Below are positions 42,701-49,573 of a stretch of DNA of 64,000 nt, one piece after another. Position numbers and translations under genes: made by a program. Source of the DNA: a virus. Lineage: Duplodnaviria > Caudoviricetes. Each line of letters begins with the position of its first letter. The stretch's first letter is position 1. The stretch spans positions 533 to 64,532 of the IMG/VR virus record IMGVR_UViG_3300025543_000001; one strand, written 5' to 3'. The notes beneath the pieces were generated by a model, which was not told the DNA's origin, did no database searches, and saw nothing but the letters and a program-made list of their open reading frames with translations.

Positions 42701-43283
42701 AGTAGGCCGAGACTTCGGTAACGTAGTGAAGGGGCTCCTTAACTACGGAGTGGAGAACCTCAACGAAGAGTTCCTAGACGAGCTACGTGACGGAGACTAC
42801 GACCCGTACCGCGACGCTATCGCGTACACCTTTGTTCCGCCAGACAGGGAGTACAAGTCCAACACGCTAGCCGATTACATCCGTAACCTGATGGGTCCGT
42901 TCGGACCCTTCTATAAGATGGCGGAGTTCGGAGTGAAGACGCTTAGCGCCGACGAGAAGAAAGACCCAGCGGCACGTATACGTCAGCAGCGAGAGCTCAA
43001 CGAACGACTCCCGCTCGAGTTACTTGGAAACTTAGGATTGATTCCTCTGTACCGTGATATAAGGGCGCTCTTACTAGCCGATATCTACAAGGGTATGGGC
43101 AAGGAGAAGAAAGGAAGTAGTACGGGTATGACTAAGGCTGAAAAGGCTCAGATGAAGGAATACTTCCCAGAAATGTATGAGATGCAGATGCAGCTAGAAG
43201 AAGATATGAAGAACCCTGAGCTCGAACGTATGATGAAAGAGCAGGAGAAGGCTATCGAAGAAATGATGAAGAGTTTAAAATAA
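30795..43283 (+). CDS. Giant (4162 aa) polyvalent virion/ejection protein: HExxH metallopeptidase-like, four ADP-ribosyltransferase-like, GNAT-like and HhH-like modules
   Basis: HEVFH at 34104-34118; FHGS/YHGT/FRSG/VHAS plus (G)F(Y/F)FT and G(F/Y)DG motifs; VDEDNRRQGKA; VTIDLW..QALLW. Confidence 0.7.
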   Translation: MNEQVIDDLYARALQSGYKKGRADFVQLIQSNDDVFNDMYQYVQSKGYAKDAQSFSSLVGKRTAPTVKKKVTASVSEPGSLVSPEPQVPVAEAVVEEEVQDLTVAEPDFFEERMAMVSPQLIDRGDEDQVAQELTDVFKPYGFEVEPTSIGDALKVTAANGQTIEVDLDPMELPSFLSVGRFGFTGDMDTETEKSEAKKLQNFLRKNRQEGLDAPRRLVTQEQIDNNVKKINDAEEVINKQFLSYVERKSIFDAEFAEAFPVNDVQAVAADPEGYNDFVQRGRDLDIEAQGLRQNDELLKEQGRELDKAAGEYTSMLANRGDWGGGLWNKMLTGIGRISEEAYNVAMDKVTGAIPLMTTDPAYYQSRFTEEAERRGITPPYGTDGAKATRAEFLSFMTSIDSDVRNEIGDKVVDDYKKERKFGEPVDVEKAVNRYSQYAASENMKLKGGELEAVRNGLLNVLGDSETTPEWTQLKEQGFWGGAFLGLAESIPAMVIPGGWAARTAAMYGQVASHLGQEMASIPEFQDVSEKEKAMFKLPLGIVVGALESIGFRNVVNQKGLLNSILMQALKKSPKNVTGKAFNDIVDREVNSMISRGLLKVGAGGLAEFETGLAQEIADITGKEIYNALKEKEMFDTPESFGEGLEQVVIGGLQEAVGGLVLGVPNAVATSSVKKDFTDMDDATFELFQNVSKQTDSGQLSYRHMFYTNLKSKINQGKISKKEAQQQMDNLDEVIAVNRDIPSDLTIDQQKRSLGILLRKKDLQEQIEGKDPILVKRQQEELNGLNRELDQILYGTPETDAIQEPSPETVDAPEPTRGSEAVGEGVPDIGEPTAEVEAEDQVAEAAPTAEVAVEDDESGGSAEFREFNKGRRNLEEKGYTQQAVRDIISQAISSLDMGRAGDVRKLVNSFKKLKAESIIPKAADLSSGDTVGMAIMDSSENLSNDIYRSLARGEVSLEEFQAFAKKFNQPLPEAAPVVEETVSEPTQEVTEEEQVDIDDFFSDKEIDGVDKVDDNLVVNRKQLSEDKAETAQDERKISRIKQIAKKAAVSLKKQFPDVRIVLHETEGQYKRFAGKRARGAYVKDDKTKTIHINLSIADLSTVPHEVFHALLLEAAATDPQALVIARNMLESVRKVVDPKSDMSKAIEKFVAKYEDVPVIQDEEYLAELMGILSSQYRTLDKPSKNTIKEFLRKLAKLVGIDTKFGLDEFFGPEFLERDEQVIDLLNTISGKVSKGQFIEAADVKTMGDILAEATPAEQAQAQREVRDFKRKERERKAAEDNLINRSQAASNFTDEQLTAFAKEGILFHGSDMQKEFFDSRFIKEFNYGYGFYFTGVPALARKYGDKLSFVDTKQFNLLDGDEDITQEDAQDMLDNLPGYGLDNEFVEEFLQDYIDDEGFENDPQSWSMFITEYISDYESKAEIFSEYLESELGFDGMTTVENAGKGAVPTVAVVWNFDLLNDNVLQDPTKEKVIEEEAPKEVTRKEEATKDVLDFVSLVSKGTSEDVIYLNNRKATPRMQVVTEEDGKPVTFYHGTDKKFDKFEPQKSTRTILMSQYEVKTPAIFFTPDEAEAREYGDNIIPVNLQFEKLVEDNIDEAAQIITDYYVKEKDGVIEVQDGVVDLSDYYDEATDSYNNNWVKDVLDEAEGIDWMLLDEEALVEKFKEAGFDGTKVYEGDKAFSVATFYPENIVRLDQGVAPRQQVSITDTDSTNPSFEKGSMKDFSVEGGILEIGKVKGAKQSSVLRLSVDEDNRRQGKATELLKSALNYTNGMLSAMASKDAAVGLNYKLGMRAFSPDGNELSLEETKNQRAENAGESIRMELPDSKKGNNYKAFDEGMAPRQQVADIPQSAKNVLYGDSDVLPKPSKKKSNSQVAQDLAEVAAEYYGGEIITSKTITPEQEETITEVGTEEAIAAFEDSGKSAADWYSTAIEKAMAVAAVIHPSLSSKEEASKYEAFAKEKDPVAAANFVMRVALAITSQNLNVEANAKYANEQFDIFKKTGRFDASREYGTKAKSISSNLRLANVLVEKIGLNATEDFVLQEFNVSELEVAASKALGKNIKVSGLRNDSVNGAALFGPKIGQGFLQNLMGKFDPVTIDLWLRRTWGRWTGDVVGVGVKEERMARLLNGLKEAKKDTGVEVPDVMKKHRVVRKVRPSTGASYDTMSDKFISELEEDADFRDKIAAFAKTLSTKGDLMYKLIKNEPMSDGLYKAFISGEKTYGQTANQLQRIKDKLSAKYKDYVSKEKAKGRTPLKKSEWVKGQNQKDGRVNSPNNEAISARKPEWVKAATSITNDLKPIDIPTNQDRKVITRIVNDIKKRMTEQGYPVTNADVQALLWYPEKDIWAKLRGEKESNLKQSYDDQFIKIAEQKGLGKEAKSAAENVERKRAAQPSGVDERKTDVGVSRLTDKEGVAPRQQVIEDVTAKELDTPLDRQQRVFRSGDLENKAEPRWKFRSSRETGHFGTGFYFFGTKEQADKYDARDVSELDIDKYNLAKATKELHQALRVINDRYNEYYTAEAVDELKKEPLRQAVPTFFIEEVAEAAGMDVISEAEAEAAATEVTKALTKDGNPAFGDSVSTLVMKALGFDGVNAVGTSLDNSKYGTVIYDLKEDVAPRQQKPYPSGPEEAAKMGYLVHASDKSRDSFDKKFIKGRNRTELGALGFYFTANAQKAKDYGGEYTYIDPADMNLLNLDEVKGNKLQGFLSDLERNLGKLSSYRMRLIAAQDKTRSISEFNELDAELKKVDAQIKAQSPFGTSASSQDRVLKALKKAKAKNLMEAYRVSEYAIESRLGRKSDTDAAFSDLLFNAGYDGIYEGPGLYKVAIFDIDGLNDAIVRDDVAPRQQLSDIATPLPRQQKSVREVVQQARDNNFKDAATKDFLQRKGVPTADIDKAIKTLDDVYARVMKEIDGVITKSQKRGVDFDTQLKNALAYLQGTKLYEDTTDIHREKLMREVRAKFDKKEKRAPSAKRILGNIKDVKKVTLSEKEALKMQLRLVAKTAKTTARALVVAGNELTKSLKEMVKGGVITANQMSSVLRRFSRVDLFNPASIDSFLDYMAKIFADAEYGAKIARIKKLLPRAKKNIKSKIGVADVLGDTLTKLFNVNPTLIPMEMLEDYQNLLEMMGAAKKVLPLADINDVTEMANKLLNAVYEEVSMAEDLAEVFANYENKVIKDGKLDYAATVRAMIADQTISEAEATVMIKYKSRIVEPTKKEPKTEAELAEERAALMSAVEAAKVNVSRLVMEEERTLARQLSKLMRTEAIERLSNQQLETLLAVIDNINNGFVTHAANRLYVNMNALNNDNQLADSLQEADPLSISKFVAKVKGGITQNNKFFEAIKRRPLAYIDSLFGDFKTNRIYNSVFRPLAKAFDSMNVEIQRIEERLDNAENVVRKSFKRNPNKVRLSSYKRMTYMLQREFEANPDNGQVNPAADFIRATIDHINEGKSFFKGRDAEMLQQILDDFGVSIKDADGNEVIQIDSQKLYDSFNKAERNALAVAEDINKSLASKASFTAAVIQGRRADILNQYAHHNVLSSSEQADKSTSISEIQKYNQSLRASTKAKNSIERTGAVTPLNFDVLTSVSRGAKMMLTDFYLTDPVRTSRKTISNTRKVLEERGNATKQDKEILNAIDQALELALDDVLTKTFTQGTMVDNIIQYISKTGYRVVLASVSRFGAEGLSNSGFVSLFAPKQMALGLSKENMKLSIGSEGTAVDILSALGSTQISRLFPDQMLSGRMIDTSVLGEKSGDKGGRAYGEVANKMLQIYNGVVKPGKEGVERVADGLISTPDKAVIRPLWFGSFEYKFEELTKKKPDMDKIAANDEAYMDANQKALDEATDYADQMTTFAGAADNPFKGLLKGKYPSSVKQSAMLQAFNISNSFMTRFLIYEFISAQIGTYAMMGRGMISKRQGAALLGAVATRMVVYTLLTTVFAQIFKQAFGLGDEEEEKDIEKQFGQALASTAVSLIVGRDFGNVVKGLLNYGVENLNEEFLDELRDGDYDPYRDAIAYTFVPPDREYKSNTLADYIRNLMGPFGPFYKMAEFGVKTLSADEKKDPAARIRQQRELNERLPLELLGNLGLIPLYRDIRALLLADIYKGMGKEKKGSSTGMTKAEKAQMKEYFPEMYEMQMQLEEDMKNPELERMMKEQEKAIEEMMKSLK
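33193..33354 (+). CDS. Overprinted small basic protein (53 aa) in the +1 frame of the giant gene
   Basis: MPFKSQAQRRWMHQNLPEVAKRWEKEYPTSENLPQRLKPKTKLQKRRRQRRSR; ATG 33193, TAG 33352-33354. Confidence 0.65.
   Translation: MPFKSQAQRRWMHQNLPEVAKRWEKEYPTSENLPQRLKPKTKLQKRRRQRRSR
33738..33753. repeat. GTGTCG-N4-CGACAC palindrome inside giant gene (codes within ETVSEPTQ)
   Basis: gtgtcggagccgacac. Confidence 0.9.
35883..39365 (+). repeat. Dispersed (V/M)APRQQ-coding 18-bp repeats between domains of the giant protein
   Basis: Copies at 35883, 36306, 38031, 38634, 39312 (last three identical GTAGCCCCTCGCCAGCAG), plus PRQQ at 39354. Confidence 0.9.
39553..39568. repeat. GTGTCG-N4-CGACAC palindrome
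   Basis: gtgtcgacttcgacac. Confidence 0.75.
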
Positions 43284-43363
43284 AGATGAAACCAGGGCGA
43301 AGAGGGAATACAAGATGGCTACATTAAGTATGCAGACAACGATTACGTTGATGACTTCTTTTT

Positions 43364-43780
43364 TCATAGCAGCATATCTGTAATGTTCTTGCCCATAGAT
43401 ATATGGATATAGGACACCTCTTTTCTCTTGGTTTGACCCTTGTCCCACTGCGTTTTAACTGGAAGTGTCTTGAACGACCACACCAAGCTGTTGGTCTTCT
43501 CAAGGTGATTTAAATCGAAAGCCCACACTCCTTCAGGTGTTGAGTTTAAATATATAGAGCGGGTGCCATTGGAGTTGGATTCCTTTAAAAGCCTGTCCCA
43601 TTTACCTCGCTCTATCATAAGGTCGTCATAGTGTCGGCGTCGACACTTTAACTCTATCTGCATATTGAGGTCCTCGCTAAAGCAATCGTATGTGCTGTTG
43701 CTTTTTTTGTATGAGAGGAGGTCTGGTATAAGGTGCTTTTGAAGTGCATTGTAAAGGTCTTTTTCATTTTTGTATCTCAT
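43364..43780 (-). CDS. PD-(D/E)XK-like nuclease
   Basis: YDC...QIELKCR catalytic-like motif. Confidence 0.65.
   Translation of the reverse strand: MRYKNEKDLYNALQKHLIPDLLSYKKSNSTYDCFSEDLNMQIELKCRRRHYDDLMIERGKWDRLLKESNSNGTRSIYLNSTPEGVWAFDLNHLEKTNSLVWSFKTLPVKTQWDKGQTKRKEVSYIHISMGKNITDMLL
43631..43646. repeat. GTGTCG-N4-CGACAC palindrome
   Basis: gtgtcggcgtcgacac. Confidence 0.75.
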
Positions 43781-43961
43781 CCTCTGCTGAATCTGCTAAA
43801 TCACTTAGACGTTGATTTAGTTTCATCACGCTGGCCCTTAACCCTTGATAGTCCTCATCTACAAAGCTCTCATATATTTCGTTAACTAGGTCGTGGAGGT
43901 CCCCTACCACATAATTTATATGGTTGATTCTCTTAATCGTTTCCACGTCCCACTTGCTCAT
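43764..43961 (-). CDS. Hypothetical protein
   Basis: 65 aa in tightly packed minus-strand operon. Confidence 0.7.
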   Translation of the reverse strand: MSKWDVETIKRINHINYVVGDLHDLVNEIYESFVDEDYQGLRASVMKLNQRLSDLADSAEDEIQK

Positions 43962-44183
43962 CTATCTCAGTAGTATTTTGGCCTCTTCGGGGTTGATGGT
44001 TTTAATCGCTTGATAAATCTTACGTGAACTTTTATGAACCTCATCTAGTTCTTTCTTCAAAGAATCAGAGCCTAGTCTGGTGTACATAAAGCAGTCCATT
44101 TTCAAAAGCGCATCAATCTTTTGTTTGTCGGTCCAGGTTTTGAATCCTAAAATCTTGTCAATGTCGTTTACGTTATAAGCCAT
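43962..44183 (-). CDS. Hypothetical protein
   Basis: 73 aa in tightly packed operon. Confidence 0.7.
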   Translation of the reverse strand: MAYNVNDIDKILGFKTWTDKQKIDALLKMDCFMYTRLGSDSLKKELDEVHKSSRKIYQAIKTINPEEAKILLR

Positions 44184-44697
44184 TGATTAGTGTGATTAAT
44201 TTAGATTGTAATTTTTCTTCCTTACCCTTGGGGAGTCTAGTCTTGAGGGTATGAAAGATTTTTGAAAGGCGACCTTCGTTGTTCTCACATACATCGAGGT
44301 TGCTTTTTACTTCTTTCAATTGTAAAGATAGTGCATCAATAGAATCTCTCAATTCGTATATATAGCTCCTCAACTCCACTGAGTCCATATCGTAGACGGG
44401 GTCGTAATTTACATTGTGGGATACACTCACTCTATTGTACACTTTATTTAGCTCAGGGCATTGCTTAAAAACAATGCTTATGTCACGTAAATAATACAGT
44501 ATGGTAGAGTGGGTTTTATTGATTGACTTCCCGATTTCAGTATAACTATATCCTCGATTCTTTAGCACTAGCGAGTATACCATTCGGGAATCTACATACC
44601 TTCTCTCCCGCGATGGCTCCATTATATCTAAATCGAACTCTAGGTTTATAATTTCTTTAAGCTTTGCTGATTCTTCTTTAAAGAGGGATGTGTTCAT
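44173..44697 (-). CDS. DnaA domain IV-like HTH protein with coiled coil
   Basis: SRERRYVDSRMVY...SYTEIGKSINKTHSTILY resembles the DnaA C-terminal signature (R..S...IG..F..DHxTV). Confidence 0.65.
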   Translation of the reverse strand: MNTSLFKEESAKLKEIINLEFDLDIMEPSRERRYVDSRMVYSLVLKNRGYSYTEIGKSINKTHSTILYYLRDISIVFKQCPELNKVYNRVSVSHNVNYDPVYDMDSVELRSYIYELRDSIDALSLQLKEVKSNLDVCENNEGRLSKIFHTLKTRLPKGKEEKLQSKLITLINGL

Positions 44698-45007
44698 TGG
44701 ATAGGATTTTATCTAAATAATTATCTGAATCGACTTCTCTAATATCAATCATCACCACCCACTCGGGCTCTTCCTTTATGTACTCTATTTCTAAAAAGAT
44801 TGGTTCGCCCTCTGCATTGTGAATGACGAGCCCTGCTGTTTGAGGGAACAGGTCTCTAATTGGCAAGAATACAACGGAGTCTTCGAGTTTTACCCATATC
44901 CTCATTGCCTCTGAGATAGTAAACAACCCTTTTATACTTTCCATAAAGCTGTCCTCCGCTACAAATACTGCGTTGCTATCCTCTGTGTACTTCTGTTTTA
45001 AATCCAT
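44678..45007 (-). CDS. Hypothetical protein
   Basis: 109 aa in operon. Confidence 0.7.
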   Translation of the reverse strand: MDLKQKYTEDSNAVFVAEDSFMESIKGLFTISEAMRIWVKLEDSVVFLPIRDLFPQTAGLVIHNAEGEPIFLEIEYIKEEPEWVVMIDIREVDSDNYLDKILSNEHIPL

Positions 45008-45215
45008 ATCCTTCTAGCTCTTTTAATCGGTACTCCTGCAAGCGAGAGACCTTCCCTTTCGGGCGTTTAACTTCCGAGAATAAAACGTCAGCCCCTGGCT
45101 TCAAAGCCAGTATATCGGGGATGCCGTTCTTGTTGGTCTTCATAAGCTTCAGGACGTAGTACCCCTCAGCCTCCAGCTCCTTGATTCGATTGGATTGTAT
45201 CTGTTGTTCGGTCAT
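44976..45215 (-). CDS. VRR-NUC family nuclease
   Basis: MTEQQIQ...GIPDIL...FSEVKRPKGKVSRLQ. Confidence 0.85.
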   Translation of the reverse strand: MTEQQIQSNRIKELEAEGYYVLKLMKTNKNGIPDILALKPGADVLFSEVKRPKGKVSRLQEYRLKELEGYGFKTEVHRG

Positions 45216-45337
45216 TTATGACTTTCTTCAGGTTGACCACAGTTTATACACCACCTTGATTCACCTACGTGATTGTCATAGGTGTAAAACCATCCGCAAA
45301 CCTCTTTTCCTTTCTCTGTTTCTTTTTCTTTCTTCAT
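45212..45337 (-). CDS. Small Cys/His protein (41 aa, not in ORF track)
   Basis: MKKEKETEKGKEVCGWFYTYDNHVGESRWCINCGQPEESHK fills the gap exactly, with ATGA overlap. Confidence 0.6.
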   Translation of the reverse strand: MKKEKETEKGKEVCGWFYTYDNHVGESRWCINCGQPEESHK

Positions 45338-45339
45338 CT

Positions 45340-46572
45340 TTACAAACTTAATAAATCCCTTTTGAAGTGCTTGAGCGTATAGTCTTTCTTACGCGCCACA
45401 GCTTTATATATATCCTTCTCGATGCCGCCCTCAGAGAACACCCAGTAGACATCGTTCTTGAGCCTGTCCTTAGTGGTCATCCTATCCCTTGACTGCCAAT
45501 AACTTGTAGCACTGAAGTCGATGTTGTAGTAGACCAAGGCGTCAGCCTTCCTTAGCGATATCCCCTCGCGACCGCTCACTATCTGAAGGGCTATGTTCTT
45601 GCCCGTCTCGTTGAACTCGTCGAGCTCCGTAGTCAGCGCATCACCGAACACCTTCTTCAAGGCGTTGAGCTCCTCCTTGAACTTATAGAAGATACCGACC
45701 TTCTGATTCTTGAACCGCTCTCGTATGAACTCCGCCTTGCTGTAGTCCAATACCATTGACGCTCCGCTCTCAAACTTGACCGTACCCGAACACATCTGGT
45801 GTACCTTCTGCATCAGTTTGACCGCTGTGTCAGCCAGTATCACCTCCTCCTTGCCTTCGACCACCTTGTCGCGCTTGAGCTTGGCTATCATTTTTTGTGT
45901 CGAGTCCGACATTTTTACGTGCATCACGTGCTCCTTGGTGTCCACCACGAACCCAGCCTCCTTCTGAGTATACATCAACGTGTACGGCTTGACCGCATCT
46001 ATGATGGTCTCCTTGCCTCCCGTATAGTCGTTGACCATATGTAGTCCGCGCCTCTGCTGCCGTACGTTTACGAACTCATTAGCGAACCTATAGAAGTTGG
46101 GGTAGTGAGAGAACGGATTCCCTGGTATCCCATACACCTGATGGTACATAGCTGAGTATGACTCAGGCGTTGGTGTGCCTGACATAAGTATGACATACGG
46201 CCTGTGCTTCGCTAGCAATGCTCGCACCTGCTTCGAGCGTTTACTAGGCTTCGGGAACGCTCCCATCGTATGCGCTTCATCACACACCACTACGTCCCAA
46301 TGAGCCTCTGGTATCTTGTGGATACTCTCGTAGTTGATGACGTGTAAGTTGTAGTCAGCACCGAGCATCTCGTTGTCAGCTTCGATACTCGATATGGCTT
46401 TCTTCTTGGTAAGAAACAAGACGTTCTGTGCACCTAGCTTATCAGCAATAGACAAGCTCGTAAGCGTCTTTCCTGTGCGTACCTCCATCGCTAGGTAACA
46501 CCACCCCGAGTCACGCATCTTAGCAACCGCTTTGTCGCGTATCTCTATTTGGTAGTCGCGTAGCTGTATCAT
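45340..46572 (-). CDS. SF2 (SNF2-like) helicase
   Basis: LRDYQ, MEVRTGKT, DEAH, SGTP, GREGISL motifs; likely start MIQLRDYQ at 46572. Confidence 0.88.
   Translation of the reverse strand: MIQLRDYQIEIRDKAVAKMRDSGWCYLAMEVRTGKTLTSLSIADKLGAQNVLFLTKKKAISSIEADNEMLGADYNLHVINYESIHKIPEAHWDVVVCDEAHTMGAFPKPSKRSKQVRALLAKHRPYVILMSGTPTPESYSAMYHQVYGIPGNPFSHYPNFYRFANEFVNVRQQRRGLHMVNDYTGGKETIIDAVKPYTLMYTQKEAGFVVDTKEHVMHVKMSDSTQKMIAKLKRDKVVEGKEEVILADTAVKLMQKVHQMCSGTVKFESGASMVLDYSKAEFIRERFKNQKVGIFYKFKEELNALKKVFGDALTTELDEFNETGKNIALQIVSGREGISLRKADALVYYNIDFSATSYWQSRDRMTTKDRLKNDVYWVFSEGGIEKDIYKAVARKKDYTLKHFKRDLLSL
45897..45912. repeat. GTGTCG-N4-CGACAC palindrome (one mismatch)
   Basis: gtgtcgagtccgacat. Confidence 0.75.
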
Positions 46573-49013
46573 AGGTTCAGCTTGGTATTGACCTCTAACT
46601 CGTGCGAGAAGCGCATACGCATCCAATTGCCCTTGGCGTCCCTGCCCTGCTCTGGCTTTACACCAGTTTTGTACTCGCTATAGAAATTAAGCCACCTGTA
46701 GAACTCTATTCTAGAAAGAGTTTTTGTAGTCCCATTTCCTCGAGCGTAGTCAGGGTAGTCCCTTATAAACTCCTCGTACAAGAAGTTCTTGTACACCTTG
46801 ACCCCTACCTCCAAGTGTTGATTGCGTTCGCTATTCTCTACGAGACCGCACCACTCAAGGAACTGATGAGATGTGTCAGCGCCTAGTGTATTCTTCTTTT
46901 TATTGACCATAGGCCCTACTACCAACCCTTTGTTGATATACATCTGTAAGCACGAGACCATATAGTTGTCGAACTGGCACCACTCGTCGTCGTCCCAATC
47001 GCTGAACATAAGCTTCTTAAACTCGTCCTGTGGCGTGAATGTCTTCGTATAAAACTGATGTAGCTCGAGCTCCCACTTCCTGCGCTCGAAGCTATTGCCC
47101 CTGCCCCTGATGGTGTAGTTGGTTGTGATAGCAACCTTGGGGCTTTTCTCGAACGGGATTTTAATGGCGTCCTTGTTCTTCTTCTCAAGGGTCAAACCCT
47201 CGGTCACCACGGAGAACAAACGCTCGAACTCGAAGTTTTTCTTCACGTCATCGAAACAAAGTATCTGCGTGTCTGCCGATACCAATTGGTAAGCGAAGGA
47301 GCGTTCGAAGGCAAAGCTCTTTCCGTCAATTACTACCATCTTCTTCATCTGGGAAAGGGCGTTCATAAAGATACCCTTGCCAGTGCCTCCCTCTGGGTTA
47401 TCGCTTATAACCTCGTCATTGAGTATTACAGCGGGGCAGTAGCTGAGGTTCTTGTAGCCGTGCATCATATAACCTATCGTGCTCTCCATTGAGGTGATTC
47501 GAGCCTGATTTCCGTTGCATATGTTGGATATAAATACAGTGTAATCGCATCCTTTTATCTCGCATACTAAGAAGTTTCTGTCTATGACGTGGTCTTTCCA
47601 AACGTAACCACCTAGGTCAAGATAGTCAATTGGTTTGACATCTTTTCCTGAGATACGTACCGCGCAGTTACGATAATACAGATAAGCTTTATCCTTGGTG
47701 TCAGCTATAAACAACACATCTATAGAGCTCAAAAGAGTGAGGAACTCTTCTCTAAAGTACTTTGTGTTCTCCGCAAAGTAGTTGTATACCGCTACGTCAT
47801 CGAGCTCAAGGAGGTACTCAAGAATAAAATCCTTTATCTCTTTCTCTGAAGTATGGTCGATGAGGTTGTTGGTTACACGAACGAACACATAGTTCTTACT
47901 GCCCTCGGGGCAGTACTTAAAGAATCCGTTCTCCTCAAGGAAATCCTTGAAGAGTATGTGAACTATCTTGATTTGACCTTTCTCTGATTTATCCCAAAAG
48001 GTCTGGCTTGCCTGTTCTTCTTCTAAAGAATTTATGACTGAGTCAATTACTCCGCCCTCAATCGGCAAGTCTTCTAGTTGAGAGCGGATTTCTTTTTTTG
48101 ATACACCACGCCGTAGTTTGTTCTTGACTTGGTTTAGCTTGTCCTCATCCTCGTAGCACTTCGTATTGAAGTTCGCTGTCTGATTGTAAGCCGAAGCCAC
48201 CGTAGATTTTATCTCGTCTTCCTTGAACCCTTCGCCTTGATATCTAGCCAATACATACTCAGCGAGCGAGCGGTTGATTCCGAAGTCGTTGAACGCTGCC
48301 GCCAGTACATATGTGTTATGATTTCTCTGACCCTCGACCATAGGGTACTTCTTCTCCCACCACTTGACCAGACGCTCTACCACCTTGTTCTCATCGGTGA
48401 TAGGTATGGTGGGCGCGTCCAGATGCTTATGGATAGGTGTGTATTCTATCTCATCAATCCTATCCCAGAGGCTTGAGTTGTCGTTGATATGGATTAGCGG
48501 GTCGTGAGACTCGTAGCATACCCTGCTTATATTTTTCGATGTCTTATCGAAGTGCGGGTTCTGATAGTAGTTCTCAAGTGAGTTAAAGAAGTTCTTGTGG
48601 TTGTCTATGTCGGCAGGTACTTTGACCAATACCTTGAGTCCATTTCCACTGGGAGAGATAAATACCGCGTAGCTGTACTTGCTGTCGCTGAGCTTCTTTT
48701 TGTCCGAGAGGAGGTCTTTCTTTTTCTCGTAGCCATCGAAGTCAAGGCATATGATACCACTGTGCTCCTGTATGGCTGAGTCCAACCGCTTGGTGAAGGT
48801 GCCGCTAAAACAAATGGCGGGAAGCTGTTTCTTGAGCTCATTGCGCTCGGCCTTGCGCTTCTCTGAGCGCACCTTCTTGACGATATCTTTGGTGGGTATG
48901 GCTACACCGTTGGGGTTCGCTCCATCTCTAATCCTGTCCAATACCACGCGTACATCCCTGTGGAAAGGGGTTGATGTATCTTGGATATTGCGAAATATGG
49001 TGATTTGATGCAT
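46569..49013 (-). CDS. Primase-helicase (VirE-N/BT4734-like primase, PriCT-like, SF3-type ATPase)
   Basis: KKQLPAICFSG, CLDFD, ISPSGNGLK, GQRN, GGTGKG Walker A, CFDD, ITTNY, SFERR. Confidence 0.85.
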   Translation of the reverse strand: MHQITIFRNIQDTSTPFHRDVRVVLDRIRDGANPNGVAIPTKDIVKKVRSEKRKAERNELKKQLPAICFSGTFTKRLDSAIQEHSGIICLDFDGYEKKKDLLSDKKKLSDSKYSYAVFISPSGNGLKVLVKVPADIDNHKNFFNSLENYYQNPHFDKTSKNISRVCYESHDPLIHINDNSSLWDRIDEIEYTPIHKHLDAPTIPITDENKVVERLVKWWEKKYPMVEGQRNHNTYVLAAAFNDFGINRSLAEYVLARYQGEGFKEDEIKSTVASAYNQTANFNTKCYEDEDKLNQVKNKLRRGVSKKEIRSQLEDLPIEGGVIDSVINSLEEEQASQTFWDKSEKGQIKIVHILFKDFLEENGFFKYCPEGSKNYVFVRVTNNLIDHTSEKEIKDFILEYLLELDDVAVYNYFAENTKYFREEFLTLLSSIDVLFIADTKDKAYLYYRNCAVRISGKDVKPIDYLDLGGYVWKDHVIDRNFLVCEIKGCDYTVFISNICNGNQARITSMESTIGYMMHGYKNLSYCPAVILNDEVISDNPEGGTGKGIFMNALSQMKKMVVIDGKSFAFERSFAYQLVSADTQILCFDDVKKNFEFERLFSVVTEGLTLEKKNKDAIKIPFEKSPKVAITTNYTIRGRGNSFERRKWELELHQFYTKTFTPQDEFKKLMFSDWDDDEWCQFDNYMVSCLQMYINKGLVVGPMVNKKKNTLGADTSHQFLEWCGLVENSERNQHLEVGVKVYKNFLYEEFIRDYPDYARGNGTTKTLSRIEFYRWLNFYSEYKTGVKPEQGRDAKGNWMRMRFSHELEVNTKLNL

Positions 49014-49018
49014 AAAAG

Positions 49019-49186
49019 TGTTGAGTTATGTAGTGAAATGTTGAGTTTGTGTCGCCAATTGAAGGCTAACTCTCTGATAACCAATGGTAGTGTTAAGAAT
49101 GTTAACTTTTACCCTATGAAAATGAGAAAAAAAATATATATAGAGTAGTATATATATATATATATATAGGGGAAAAAAGTCAACAC
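49019..49186. other. Putative replication origin, copy 1
   Basis: TGTTRA repeats, (TA)10 tract, inverted TCAACAC; lies upstream of primase-helicase. Confidence 0.5.
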
Positions 49187-49251
49187 ACGTAAGTCGATAG
49201 AAAAGGGGTTGAGGAACAGACACCCCAACCCCCTATCGTTATGGTGTCAAT

Positions 49252-49530
49252 CTAGAACGGAGAATCCTCCACCTCTTCTTTCTTCTTTCCCTTGCTTGGG
49301 TCAGGAACAAAGGTGTCAAGCAAGAGGTTGTAGCCGCCTGCTTTTCGAGGGGCTAGGGTAAAGCGCACCTCACCCTTCTCATTCTTATGTTCTTCCAAGA
49401 ATTTAACAAACTCTTCGACACGTACTACTACGTTCCCTGTGACCCAGTCGGGCGCTTCTTTACGTGGTTCATATACATTGAACCCTTCAGCATAAATTGT
49501 ATCTGACATAGATATGGTTTTATTCCCCAA
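49252..49530 (-). CDS. Putative ssDNA-binding-like protein
   Basis: 92 aa with acidic C-terminal EDSPF tail typical of SSBs; adjacent to exonuclease and annealing genes. Confidence 0.5.
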   Translation of the reverse strand: MGNKTISMSDTIYAEGFNVYEPRKEAPDWVTGNVVVRVEEFVKFLEEHKNEKGEVRFTLAPRKAGGYNLLLDTFVPDPSKGKKKEEVEDSPF

Positions 49531-49573
49531 AAAATTAACCTCACCCCATCGGGGACATAGAGCTCGGCTTTGT

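Noticed and set aside
30795-43283. Virion RNA polymerase as in crAss-like or N4 phages
   Set aside because: I found no DxDxD catalytic motif in an RNAP context (GVDFDT at 39552 coincides with a palindrome copy); the recognisable domains are polyvalent-type. A structure search would be needed to exclude it fully.
43284-43363. Attachment site or terminator at the convergence of the two arms
   Set aside because: No clear hairpin, att-like repeat or integrase visible
49026-49223. 65-aa ORF with YIYIYI
   Set aside because: Translation of the TA tract in the origin-like element
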